Virus record (IMG/VR): IMGVR_UViG_3300032323_001214
Coordinates: 185,607 to 249,606 of that record
DNA length: 64,000 nucleotides
Reading direction: 5' to 3' (one strand)
Shown piece after piece: positions 40,425 through 48,676 of the stretch. Position numbers and translations under genes: made by a program. The first letter of the stretch is position 1, and each line of letters starts with the position of its first letter. The notes under the pieces are model-generated. The model was not told the DNA's origin. It ran no database searches and saw only the letters and a list, made by a program, of their open reading frames with translations.

Positions 40425-41549
40425 ATGAAAAAGATTGTCATTATGCCGGGAGGCTTTCATCCTTTTCATGCAGGACATATGGCATTATACAATTCTGCTA
40501 AAAAAGCATTTCCTGATGCGGATGTGTATGTTGCTGCCTCTGATTATCAAAAAGATCGTCCATTCCCCTTTGCACTAAAAGAAAAATTAGCAAGGATCGC
40601 TGGGGTAGACGCTGGTCATTTTGTGCAAGTTAAAAGTCCATTTGAAGCAAGTGAAATAACTAGTAAATATGACCCTGATAATACTGTATTGATTTTTGTA
40701 AAAAGTCAAAAGAATGCTAAGAATGGTCCTGATCCTGAAGGTCCGTTTCCCGCAGAAGTTGATCCTACTACGGGTAAATTACCGCTAGTTACTAGAGGTC
40801 CTAGGAAAGGACAACCGGTAAGTAATAGATTGCAGTATTACAAAGGTAATGAAGATAACTTGCAGCCTATGAGTAAACACTCATATTTGGCTTATCTGCC
40901 TACAGTTGAGTTTGGACCTGGAATTACCAGTGCTAGTCAGATTCGTAAAGCATGGCCTACATTAAATGACAAACGCAAGACAGCAATGGTCATGAGTTTA
41001 TATCCAGCTGCTCAAAAGAATCAAAAACTTGCCGCTAACATCGTTGCTATGCTAGATCAGGTAATGGGTGTACAGCAAGATGTGGACGAGGCTAAGAAAA
41101 AGAGAAAGAAAAAATCTTCAAGATCAATGGGGGGCTATTTCTTCCCCGGCTATGCCTATTACGGTGGTAGCGGTGAATACGGAGATGGCGGAGGCGGTGG
41201 AGAAAGTGTGGAAGAAGGCTCTCAGTCAAAGGATGAGCTAATATGGACATTGAACAATTTTGACTATTACACTGACAACGGTAGTATTTATGTAAATGAT
41301 AACGGTGATAAGATTGCTCGTATCGGTTCTAATTGGAAACATCAAAGTGGTAAGATGGGTAGTGGAGCAGAAGAATTGAGTGCTTTTTTGAGTTCACTGC
41401 AAGAGGTGAACGAAGGCTTTGGAATCAACTATCCAGGCACATACGAACAAGAAAACAATATGTTCAAAGGTCAAGGCCAAAGACGTGTCGGAGACTTGAC
41501 TAATGAAACTAGTTTGTCCGAAAGCTTGGATTATCTAGAAGAAAAATAA
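40425..41549 (+). CDS. HIGH-family nucleotidyltransferase domain fused to small modules
   Basis: PGGFHPFHAGH and SASQIR; C-terminal modules bounded by VDE, VEE, VNE. Confidence 0.7.
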   Translation: MKKIVIMPGGFHPFHAGHMALYNSAKKAFPDADVYVAASDYQKDRPFPFALKEKLARIAGVDAGHFVQVKSPFEASEITSKYDPDNTVLIFVKSQKNAKNGPDPEGPFPAEVDPTTGKLPLVTRGPRKGQPVSNRLQYYKGNEDNLQPMSKHSYLAYLPTVEFGPGITSASQIRKAWPTLNDKRKTAMVMSLYPAAQKNQKLAANIVAMLDQVMGVQQDVDEAKKKRKKKSSRSMGGYFFPGYAYYGGSGEYGDGGGGGESVEEGSQSKDELIWTLNNFDYYTDNGSIYVNDNGDKIARIGSNWKHQSGKMGSGAEELSAFLSSLQEVNEGFGINYPGTYEQENNMFKGQGQRRVGDLTNETSLSESLDYLEEK

Positions 41550-41599
41550 TTTGACCCCTCTTAATTAGTGTAAATATTTACATCATTTAAGAGGACCAA

Positions 41600-42523
41600 A
41601 TGGCAACTAAAAAAACAACCACTAAAGCAACTAAAGCTACTACAGAAAAAACAGTACCAGTAGAAAAGGTACAGGAGATTGCGCAACAGGCAGCACAAAA
41701 TACACCTGAAGCACCTGCTGCAGGAACAGTTCAAGTTAATGTAGATTTTTTGCGCACTACTAAAGTACACATAGCAATGCCATGTTATGGCGGTATGCTA
41801 ACAGAATCAACATTCATGAGTTTCATCAAGTGGGCAAACACAGCCCGTCAGCTTGGTATCGATTGGACGTTAGAAACAATGGTCAATGAGTCATTGATTA
41901 GTCGTGCTCGTAACACACTAACTGCAAAGTTCTTGGACATGAAAGACGCAACTCACTTGTTCTTTGTTGACGCAGACATTGGATGGGAGCCATGGCACTT
42001 GTTAGTATTATTGAATCGTGATGTTGATGTTATCGGTGGACTATACCCAATGAAAACTATGCCCATCAAGTGGGTAGTTAACGGCTTTGAAGGTGCAGAA
42101 GAAGGACCAGATGGTCTACAAGAAGTATCTAAAGCAGGTACAGGTTTCTTGTTGATGAAGAAGCATGTATTTGAAAAGATGAATAGTCATCCTGCAGTTA
42201 AGCAGTATAAGAACGACATTGGATTAGATCCAAAGTATGACCAACACTTGAAGACTTACTTTGATACAGCAGTTCGCCAGAATCGTTACTACAGTGAAGA
42301 TTGGACATTCTGTGAAAACTGGCGTGACATGGGCGGTAAGATTTGGGTTGATAAACGTGTATTGTTGCGTCACTCAGGATCATATGTATTCTGCCAAGAA
42401 AATCAGCAGTACTTGATTGACAACATTGGACCAATGTATGTTAGAGAACAAGAAGCTAAGGCAGCGGCCGCTGCTCAAATCACACCCGGACCAGACGGTA
42501 ATGTGACATTGAAAGTCTCTTAA
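41600..42523 (+). CDS. GT-A fold glycosyltransferase
   Basis: IAMPCYGG, ESLISRARN, FFVDADIGW (DxD), GTGFLL, SEDW.FC. Confidence 0.75.
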   Translation: MATKKTTTKATKATTEKTVPVEKVQEIAQQAAQNTPEAPAAGTVQVNVDFLRTTKVHIAMPCYGGMLTESTFMSFIKWANTARQLGIDWTLETMVNESLISRARNTLTAKFLDMKDATHLFFVDADIGWEPWHLLVLLNRDVDVIGGLYPMKTMPIKWVVNGFEGAEEGPDGLQEVSKAGTGFLLMKKHVFEKMNSHPAVKQYKNDIGLDPKYDQHLKTYFDTAVRQNRYYSEDWTFCENWRDMGGKIWVDKRVLLRHSGSYVFCQENQQYLIDNIGPMYVREQEAKAAAAAQITPGPDGNVTLKVS

Positions 42524-42528
42524 AAACA

Positions 42529-42550
42529 AGGCCCCGAAAGGGGCTTTTTT
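42529..42550 (+). terminator. Intrinsic terminator
   Basis: GCCCC-GAAA-GGGGC followed by TTTTTT. Confidence 0.9.
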
Positions 42551-42586
42551 AATGGCTATACTAAATACACTAAAGGGAGATCAACT

Positions 42587-42679
42587 ATGTCCTGGTTCAA
42601 GCACAAGCCCCCAAAATATCCTCCATACAGAGAACCCGTCAAAGAACAAATTCCACAAAACAATCAGCCTAGTAAGTAA
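42587..42679 (+). CDS. 30-aa Pro-rich peptide (not in ORF track)
   Basis: Own ACTAAATA box (42560-42567) and AGGGAG SD; MSWFKHKPPKYPPYREPVKEQIPQNNQPSK. Confidence 0.5.
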   Translation: MSWFKHKPPKYPPYREPVKEQIPQNNQPSK

Positions 42680-42696
42680 GTATTGATAAATACTTA

Positions 42697-44427
42697 ATGA
42701 ACCTAAAAGAGCTAAATTCCTTCAAAATATCCGACGCCGTCACTTTCCATGACAAACTCAACCACAAGTTGTGGAATGGTACTAAGTTACGCCCAGAAGT
42801 CAAACAACAACTAGAAGCAATTGCAGATGATTTTCTGCAAGAGATGGGAATCCATGAGTTAGATGTGAGAGATATTACTATTTCAGGAAGTAATGCTGCA
42901 TATAGTTATACCGATCATAGTGATTTGGATTTGCATATATTAGTGAATGTAAATGATTTGCCTAGTAGTGATGTATATAAAGAATTGTTTCAAGCAAAAA
43001 AGACAATATATAATGATACACACAACATAACCATACGCAAAGTTCCGGTTGAATTATATGTACAAGACGCAAGTGAACCAGTTGTAAGTTTGGGGGAGTA
43101 CAGCATAAAAAATGATAGCTGGATTAAGATTCCTACAAAGCGTAGAAGCAACTTTGATCAAAATGCCACCAAAGCAAAATATAATAAGTTATTAGATATT
43201 GTTGAACGAGCAATAGAATCAAACAATTTAAACAAAATTCAAAAAGTATTAAAGAAGATTAAACAATATCGTCAAGCTGGTTTAGATAAAGGTGGCGAAT
43301 TTGGTCCTGAGAATCTAGCATATAAAGCACTACGTAGTCAGGGCTATATTACTAAACTGTACGATTTGCGTGATAAACTACACAGCAATCGTTTAAGCAT
43401 TGAAGGTATGTATTCTAATATGGATGAAGATTATGATCCCAATGGTCCTCCTCCTGGCCCTGAGTTCAAGCCTACAATGCCAGCTGGTACTGTCAAAGTA
43501 GATGTAAGTGATGTATATGACTGGTACAAGTTAGGTCAACATATTAGTAATATGAAAGGTCTAGGCAAACACGATTTTGGTAGTGGACCCCCTAGTACTA
43601 TATTGTCATTTGGTGACGAAGATACTGAACACAAATATATTGACGCATTACAGAAAACGGGCTTAACAACTACTGATATTGATCCAGTCGATCCTAAACA
43701 ACCTAAAGGTATGAAGCGCCAGAAAGTTGACCCTACATACAATGTTAACGAAACATTTAATAAACCTTATTCAATAACATGGGAAAAAAGTGAGTACGGC
43801 GATTACGATGCTCTGGCCACACTAGAAGATGGCACACACCTAAGCATAATGTTTGAGCACACTACTCCCTACGAAGTTGCTGTTTCTTTTTGGAGAAACA
43901 ACAGTCAAGAAGTCACAGGCGAAGGTGATGCACAACGAGTATTTGCTACAGTATTGTCTGCTATTCAACAGTTTTTAAAACAAGAGCAGCCGGCAAATAT
44001 AACTTTCTCAGCAGTGAAAGCAGATGATCCATCGGGCAGCAGATCCAAGCTTTACGACAAACTAGTTCAGCGTTATGCTAGCGCATGGGGATATCAGTCT
44101 CGCAGTTTTGACCATGATGACAAAGTAGAATTTGAATTATCTAAAATAAACAAGAATGTAAAAGAAGATGAAACAATGCAATATGCGGCTGAAAAAACAC
44201 CGCCAACAAATACATACGGTGGTTTAAGAGATAACCAATATCGAGGCAGTATCTCAGAAGCCTCAGGATACATTCCTAGCGAAAAAGAGAAAAATGACCC
44301 GCGTTTTAAGACGGCATTAACAGTAGATGTTAAGCCAGATAGTATAAAAAAGAACGCAAAAGCTTTTAGCTGGCTCACAGATAGAGCGGGCATTCCACCA
44401 ACATTAAAAGCTAGCGGCAAATTCTGA
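42697..44427 (+). CDS. Pol-beta-superfamily nucleotidyltransferase fused to several small modules
   Basis: ISGSNA.Y.Y...SDLDLH (GS..DxD) and VELYVQD; downstream modules bounded by MDE, VNE, VKE, ISE. Confidence 0.75.
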   Translation: MNLKELNSFKISDAVTFHDKLNHKLWNGTKLRPEVKQQLEAIADDFLQEMGIHELDVRDITISGSNAAYSYTDHSDLDLHILVNVNDLPSSDVYKELFQAKKTIYNDTHNITIRKVPVELYVQDASEPVVSLGEYSIKNDSWIKIPTKRRSNFDQNATKAKYNKLLDIVERAIESNNLNKIQKVLKKIKQYRQAGLDKGGEFGPENLAYKALRSQGYITKLYDLRDKLHSNRLSIEGMYSNMDEDYDPNGPPPGPEFKPTMPAGTVKVDVSDVYDWYKLGQHISNMKGLGKHDFGSGPPSTILSFGDEDTEHKYIDALQKTGLTTTDIDPVDPKQPKGMKRQKVDPTYNVNETFNKPYSITWEKSEYGDYDALATLEDGTHLSIMFEHTTPYEVAVSFWRNNSQEVTGEGDAQRVFATVLSAIQQFLKQEQPANITFSAVKADDPSGSRSKLYDKLVQRYASAWGYQSRSFDHDDKVEFELSKINKNVKEDETMQYAAEKTPPTNTYGGLRDNQYRGSISEASGYIPSEKEKNDPRFKTALTVDVKPDSIKKNAKAFSWLTDRAGIPPTLKASGKF

Positions 44428-44470
44428 TTGAGTAGTATTTTGATAAATACTATATCAAACGGAATTCATT

Positions 44471-45754
44471 ATGAAAATCACACAAATCATCAGCGAAACT
44501 ACTGCGGGCTGTGTTGCTACAGTAGCAATGCCAATGGGCGAAACACAAAAGCGTCCTAAAGTTTCAGGACTAGAGCCAGCGGACAAAGTAATGTTCGGTA
44601 AGTCAAAGAAAAAAGGACCCTATGGAAACAGCCTTAGCGAGGGCAAAATGAAAGACTTGTCTATGGATTTACGAGCAAGCAAAGATGGTTTATCTGATAT
44701 CGACTTTAAAAAGAAGTATGGAAAGACCAAAGAAGAAATGCGTAAATTAATGCAAGATGCACGTAAAGAACAAAAAGTTAATGAAGATGAACTAAGCGAA
44801 CAGGATCTAATACTAGTTCCCGGTCAAGGTCGTAAAATGAAAACTGGTTTCGTGCCACATGGTAAAAGTCGTCTTGACCATGAAGTTGAGATGGCTCGTA
44901 GTGATTTATTCAGTGCCGCACAAAATGCTCAAAAAGTCTATTCGATGATTAAACACACAAGTGAGGAAGAGGGTCTTGAAGGCTGGGTACAAGAAAAGAT
45001 TATCAAAGCCAATGATTACTTAAACACTATCCGTGAATACTTAGAAGGTAAGCAAGTGCAAGGTATGGCGGAAGACATGACACGCAGAGGATTCTTGCGC
45101 GGTCTCGGAGCCGCAGCAGCAGGGGCAGCTGGTATTGGTGCTGCCGGTAATGCTCAAGGTAAAGTGACCTTTGATAAAGACGGTAATCCAATAAAACCAC
45201 CAGACTGGAAGAACTTTCAGGGTTCAGCACCGGCTCAGGGTGCAAAGCCACTACCTGCAGATAATACTGCATCATCAACTGGTTCTGCTTCAGCCTCTTC
45301 TCAGACAGCTAGCGCAGGAAGCTCTCCTAGTTCTGCATCAAGAGCAGCCGCTAATCAAGCCAGTGCCGCGGCAGAAAAGATTAGATATACCAATCCTAAA
45401 TTTAATCAAGAATACGAGCGAATTGAAAAATTCTATCAACAAACTAAATCAAGCATATTGAATAACAAAAGATACAGTCCTAACCCTGATATTGCTAAAC
45501 GACAACACGCTGAATTTGTGAAAATGTTGATAGCAGCAGATACTGAATTTGCTCAAAAGACCAATGAGTTGATGAAAGAATACAGCCGCCTAAAAGAACA
45601 CGGCGTGGCGGAAGGTGCCAAAGTAGATAGAATGATTAAGCACATTACTAAATCTGAAAAGAAATTAGGCAAGAGTAAAGATGAAGCTGAGAACATAGCC
45701 TGGGCGACTGCTAATAAACGTGGCATGTTAGACAACAAGAACAAGAAAGCGTGA
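44471..45754 (+). CDS. Modular putative head polyprotein (MKITQIISE leader)
   Basis: Late box 44442-44449; modules separated by LSE, VNE, GMAE, GVAE. Confidence 0.7.
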   Translation: MKITQIISETTAGCVATVAMPMGETQKRPKVSGLEPADKVMFGKSKKKGPYGNSLSEGKMKDLSMDLRASKDGLSDIDFKKKYGKTKEEMRKLMQDARKEQKVNEDELSEQDLILVPGQGRKMKTGFVPHGKSRLDHEVEMARSDLFSAAQNAQKVYSMIKHTSEEEGLEGWVQEKIIKANDYLNTIREYLEGKQVQGMAEDMTRRGFLRGLGAAAAGAAGIGAAGNAQGKVTFDKDGNPIKPPDWKNFQGSAPAQGAKPLPADNTASSTGSASASSQTASAGSSPSSASRAAANQASAAAEKIRYTNPKFNQEYERIEKFYQQTKSSILNNKRYSPNPDIAKRQHAEFVKMLIAADTEFAQKTNELMKEYSRLKEHGVAEGAKVDRMIKHITKSEKKLGKSKDEAENIAWATANKRGMLDNKNKKA

Positions 45755-47443
45755 TATGAGCAATATTCTAAAAGGTTTAAATGAAAGGTATTTTAGTCGT
45801 GATGATCAAGACCAACAGAATGCCATGGATACACGCCGTAGAAGCGATTTGAGTGGCGAACGAAATGCTGGTCTTAATGAACCAGATGAATTACCTACTA
45901 TACCTCAACAAAGTCGCAATGGCGTTTATGAATACGATGTACCTACTGGTCAAGAAAAAATAGCACAAGAATTAGGATTACAACTGCATAAAGGTCATTG
46001 GTTCTCTCGTGTCCCGGTTCAAAAAGCAAATTTTCAATTTGGTCGTCCTCAATTTCATGAGATTCCAGCAAAAAATGTATATGAAGCAGAACAGGATTAC
46101 GGTCCTGAGTATCAAGATAAAGTAAAGCGTCTAGGTCAGATGGCTAAACAAGGTGAGCGTAAAACTGTTTGGGATCCTGTCAAGCGTGTGTACAAGACTG
46201 TTCCAGTAAATCCAGCTAAACAGCAAGGTGTGGCGGAAGAACAATTAGATGAAAAGTGCTGGGACACTCACAAGCAAGTTGGAATGAAAAACAAGGGCGG
46301 CAGAATGGTGCCTAACTGTGTTCCAAAAGAAAGCGTTGGGGAAGAGCAAGATATTACTGAAGAAAAATGTCCACACTGCGGTGGACCAATGTTCAGTGAA
46401 ATGATTATGAACGAGAAGAAAGATGCTTGCTACTACAAAGTTAAGAGCCGTTATAAAGTATGGCCAAGTGCTTATGCCAGTGGTGCATTAGTTAAGTGTC
46501 GTAAGAGTGGAGCAGACAGTTGGGGCGATGGTGGCAAGAAGAATGAAAGTTCTATACTAGAAGGTATTGAACAAGTAGATGAGAACTTACACAAGTGGTT
46601 CAAAGAGAAGTGGGTTCGTTTTGGTCCCGATGGTAAGATTCGTGGTGACTGTGCTAGAGGTGATGATAGTGAAGGTAAGCCAAAGTGTTTGCCACAAAGT
46701 AAAGCACACAGTCTAGGTAAGAAGGGTCGTGCAAGTGCTGCCTCACGTAAGCGCAGAGAAGATCCTAATCCAGAACGCCACGGTAAAGCAATCAATGTTA
46801 ACACTAAGAAAAAGTCAAATGAAGGTGTGGCGGAAGGCTCTACTTTTCCTGGCTCACTGAGTGGTCGTGAATGGTCAAAAGTTGGTAGACAAATAAAGTC
46901 ATCTCAGGGTCGTGATAGCAGTGTTACAAGTCCACATCAACGAAAAGATTGGTACAATCCAAAAGATCCAAGAAGTAGCAAACAGCAAAAATTGGACTAT
47001 TTAAAATCTATGAAGGCAAAGCAAGGTGTGGCGGAAGACCAACTTGATGAGATTAGTTCTACCACTGCAAAAAATGTATACAACAAGAGAGAACAAGAAC
47101 ACAAAGACCTAATGAACAAGACTTATGGCAATGCTCAAGATCCACAAGTTCGACAAGCTCAACAAAAACTTGCAAAAGCCGCAAAGTCCTATTTCAATCG
47201 TGGTGCCAAAAAAGGCGTAGAGGAAAGTTATGATTTGGACGCCTTCTCCGGGGTCAAGTTTCTTAATCCAGAGACAGGTAAAATGGGATCATTCTACTAT
47301 TGGTCTTCAATGGAAGGTAAGAACGAGGCGTACTCTATGATTACTAATAAAAAATTGGTGCCGGCCCACAATGACGGGACACCAATGACTTGGGATGAAT
47401 ACAAACAGGCTCTAGATGGTGGTAATCAAAGTGTGGCGGAAGA
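45059..47443 (+). repeat. Dispersed in-frame junction repeat, consensus CAAGGTGTGGCGGAAG
   Basis: [GA]TGGCGGAAG at 45065, 45605, 46230, 46827, 47028, 47433; degenerate copies near 41076, 41202, 41400, 46329, 47211. Confidence 0.85.
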
Positions 47444-47576
47444 ACAACTAGACGAAAAGTGGTCAACGAAATATAAAGACAGTATCAACTGTAGTAATCC
47501 TAAAGGATTTAGCCAAAAAGCACATTGTGCTGGTAAACAGAAAAATGAAAGTGCTGTTATGAAAGGTCTTAAATAA
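45756..47576 (+). CDS. Modular putative head polyprotein (MSNILKGLNE leader)
   Basis: About ten short modules (CW...PNCV, CPHCGG, KKDACY...WPSAYASG, LHKWFKEKW, KWS.KYK.SINC) separated by VAE/LDE/VDE. Confidence 0.7.
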   Translation: MSNILKGLNERYFSRDDQDQQNAMDTRRRSDLSGERNAGLNEPDELPTIPQQSRNGVYEYDVPTGQEKIAQELGLQLHKGHWFSRVPVQKANFQFGRPQFHEIPAKNVYEAEQDYGPEYQDKVKRLGQMAKQGERKTVWDPVKRVYKTVPVNPAKQQGVAEEQLDEKCWDTHKQVGMKNKGGRMVPNCVPKESVGEEQDITEEKCPHCGGPMFSEMIMNEKKDACYYKVKSRYKVWPSAYASGALVKCRKSGADSWGDGGKKNESSILEGIEQVDENLHKWFKEKWVRFGPDGKIRGDCARGDDSEGKPKCLPQSKAHSLGKKGRASAASRKRREDPNPERHGKAINVNTKKKSNEGVAEGSTFPGSLSGREWSKVGRQIKSSQGRDSSVTSPHQRKDWYNPKDPRSSKQQKLDYLKSMKAKQGVAEDQLDEISSTTAKNVYNKREQEHKDLMNKTYGNAQDPQVRQAQQKLAKAAKSYFNRGAKKGVEESYDLDAFSGVKFLNPETGKMGSFYYWSSMEGKNEAYSMITNKKLVPAHNDGTPMTWDEYKQALDGGNQSVAEEQLDEKWSTKYKDSINCSNPKGFSQKAHCAGKQKNESAVMKGLK

Positions 47577-47619
47577 TGAGAGACTATGATTTTTATTGGA
47601 ACTTAAAAGGATACCCCAG

Positions 47620-48066
47620 ATGATATTAGCAGACGCATTGAAAACATTACTAGCTACTAGTTATGCATTCGTAATTAAAACTCAAAACTTTCATTGGAAT
47701 GTTGAAGGGCCAGACTTCCCTCAGTACCATGAATTCTTAGGTAATTTATACGAAGAAGTATATGGTAATGCTATTGACCAAACAGCAGAATTGATTCGTC
47801 AATTAGATAGTTATACACCCGGATCTATTAGTAGATTTGCAGAGTTAAGCCAGATACCAGATCAGATTAAAATTCCACGTGCTGAACTAATGATGGCAGA
47901 ATTGTATGATGATAATCAAAAGATTTTACAAATGTGGAAAGAATCATTTCATATAGCAGAACAAGCTGATGAACAAGGTATAGCTGATTTTATAGCAAGC
48001 CGCATTGACGCACATGGCAAACATGGATGGATGTTGCGTAGTATTTTGAAGAAAGCTCGGGCATAA
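47620..48066 (+). CDS. dps: Dps / ferritin-like DNA protection protein
   Basis: NFHWNVEGPDF..YHEF...LYEE....D..AE.IR; H.KH.WML. Confidence 0.9.
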   Translation: MILADALKTLLATSYAFVIKTQNFHWNVEGPDFPQYHEFLGNLYEEVYGNAIDQTAELIRQLDSYTPGSISRFAELSQIPDQIKIPRAELMMAELYDDNQKILQMWKESFHIAEQADEQGIADFIASRIDAHGKHGWMLRSILKKARA

Positions 48067-48082
48067 ATTTAGAGCAAACCGA

Positions 48083-48190
48083 ACCCACCTTAGGGCCGGT
48101 GTCGCTATCGGTTAGAGCGCAAGCTCAGGCGTCAAAGGGGAGGCTGCTGCCCCATATATGAGTTACGCCAGACTCTATATAAAGTGAGCA
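48083..48190 (+). ncRNA. Candidate orphan structured RNA (multi-stem, pseudoknot)
   Basis: GC-rich intergenic island with four hairpins, a GNRA loop and complementarity between single-stranded segments and loops. Confidence 0.5.
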
Positions 48191-48206
48191 TTTATTTTAG
48201 AACATT

Positions 48207-48641
48207 ATGAAAAAAATTATAACAACAATTATGTTAGCACTCGCAACTACTGCATATGCACAAAAGGCTCCTCAGGGTGTAACATATGACGCAAATATAT
48301 TGAGAGTTAGTGATGGTGACACAATTGTAATCGCAGCTCCATTCTTACCACAACCTTTGAAACCAGAACTAGCTATTCGTATATACGGGGTTGATACTCC
48401 TGAAAAAGGATTTAGAGCAAAATGTCCTGCTGAAGATGCTAAAGGACAAGCTGCAAGTAAATTCACAAAAGATGCAGTAGCAGCCGCACAAAAACGCCAA
48501 GTAATACTATATGCATGGGATAAGTTTGGTGGGCGAGTATTAGGTGATATATTATTAAATGGACAAAGCCTTCGCACTATGTTGATTCAAAATGGATTTG
48601 CACGTGAATATTTTGGTGATGCAAAACAAAGTTGGTGCTAA
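48207..48641 (+). CDS. Thermonuclease (SNase-like) with signal peptide
   Basis: V.DGDT, IRIYGVDTPE, DKFGGRVLG, L..G.AR; N-terminal signal ending AYA. Confidence 0.9.
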   Translation: MKKIITTIMLALATTAYAQKAPQGVTYDANILRVSDGDTIVIAAPFLPQPLKPELAIRIYGVDTPEKGFRAKCPAEDAKGQAASKFTKDAVAAAQKRQVILYAWDKFGGRVLGDILLNGQSLRTMLIQNGFAREYFGDAKQSWC

Positions 48642-48676
48642 AAGATAAATATAGTATAAAAGCAACTTTTAATTAA

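Noticed and set aside
45059-47443. Junction repeat as a CRISPR array
   Set aside because: Repeat is only about 10-17 nt, spacing is 200-600 nt and irregular, it lies in frame inside ORFs, and no cas genes are present.
48083-48190. tRNA or tmRNA
   Set aside because: No acceptor stem, T-loop GTTC or cloverleaf geometry; no tRNA was recognised anywhere in the window.
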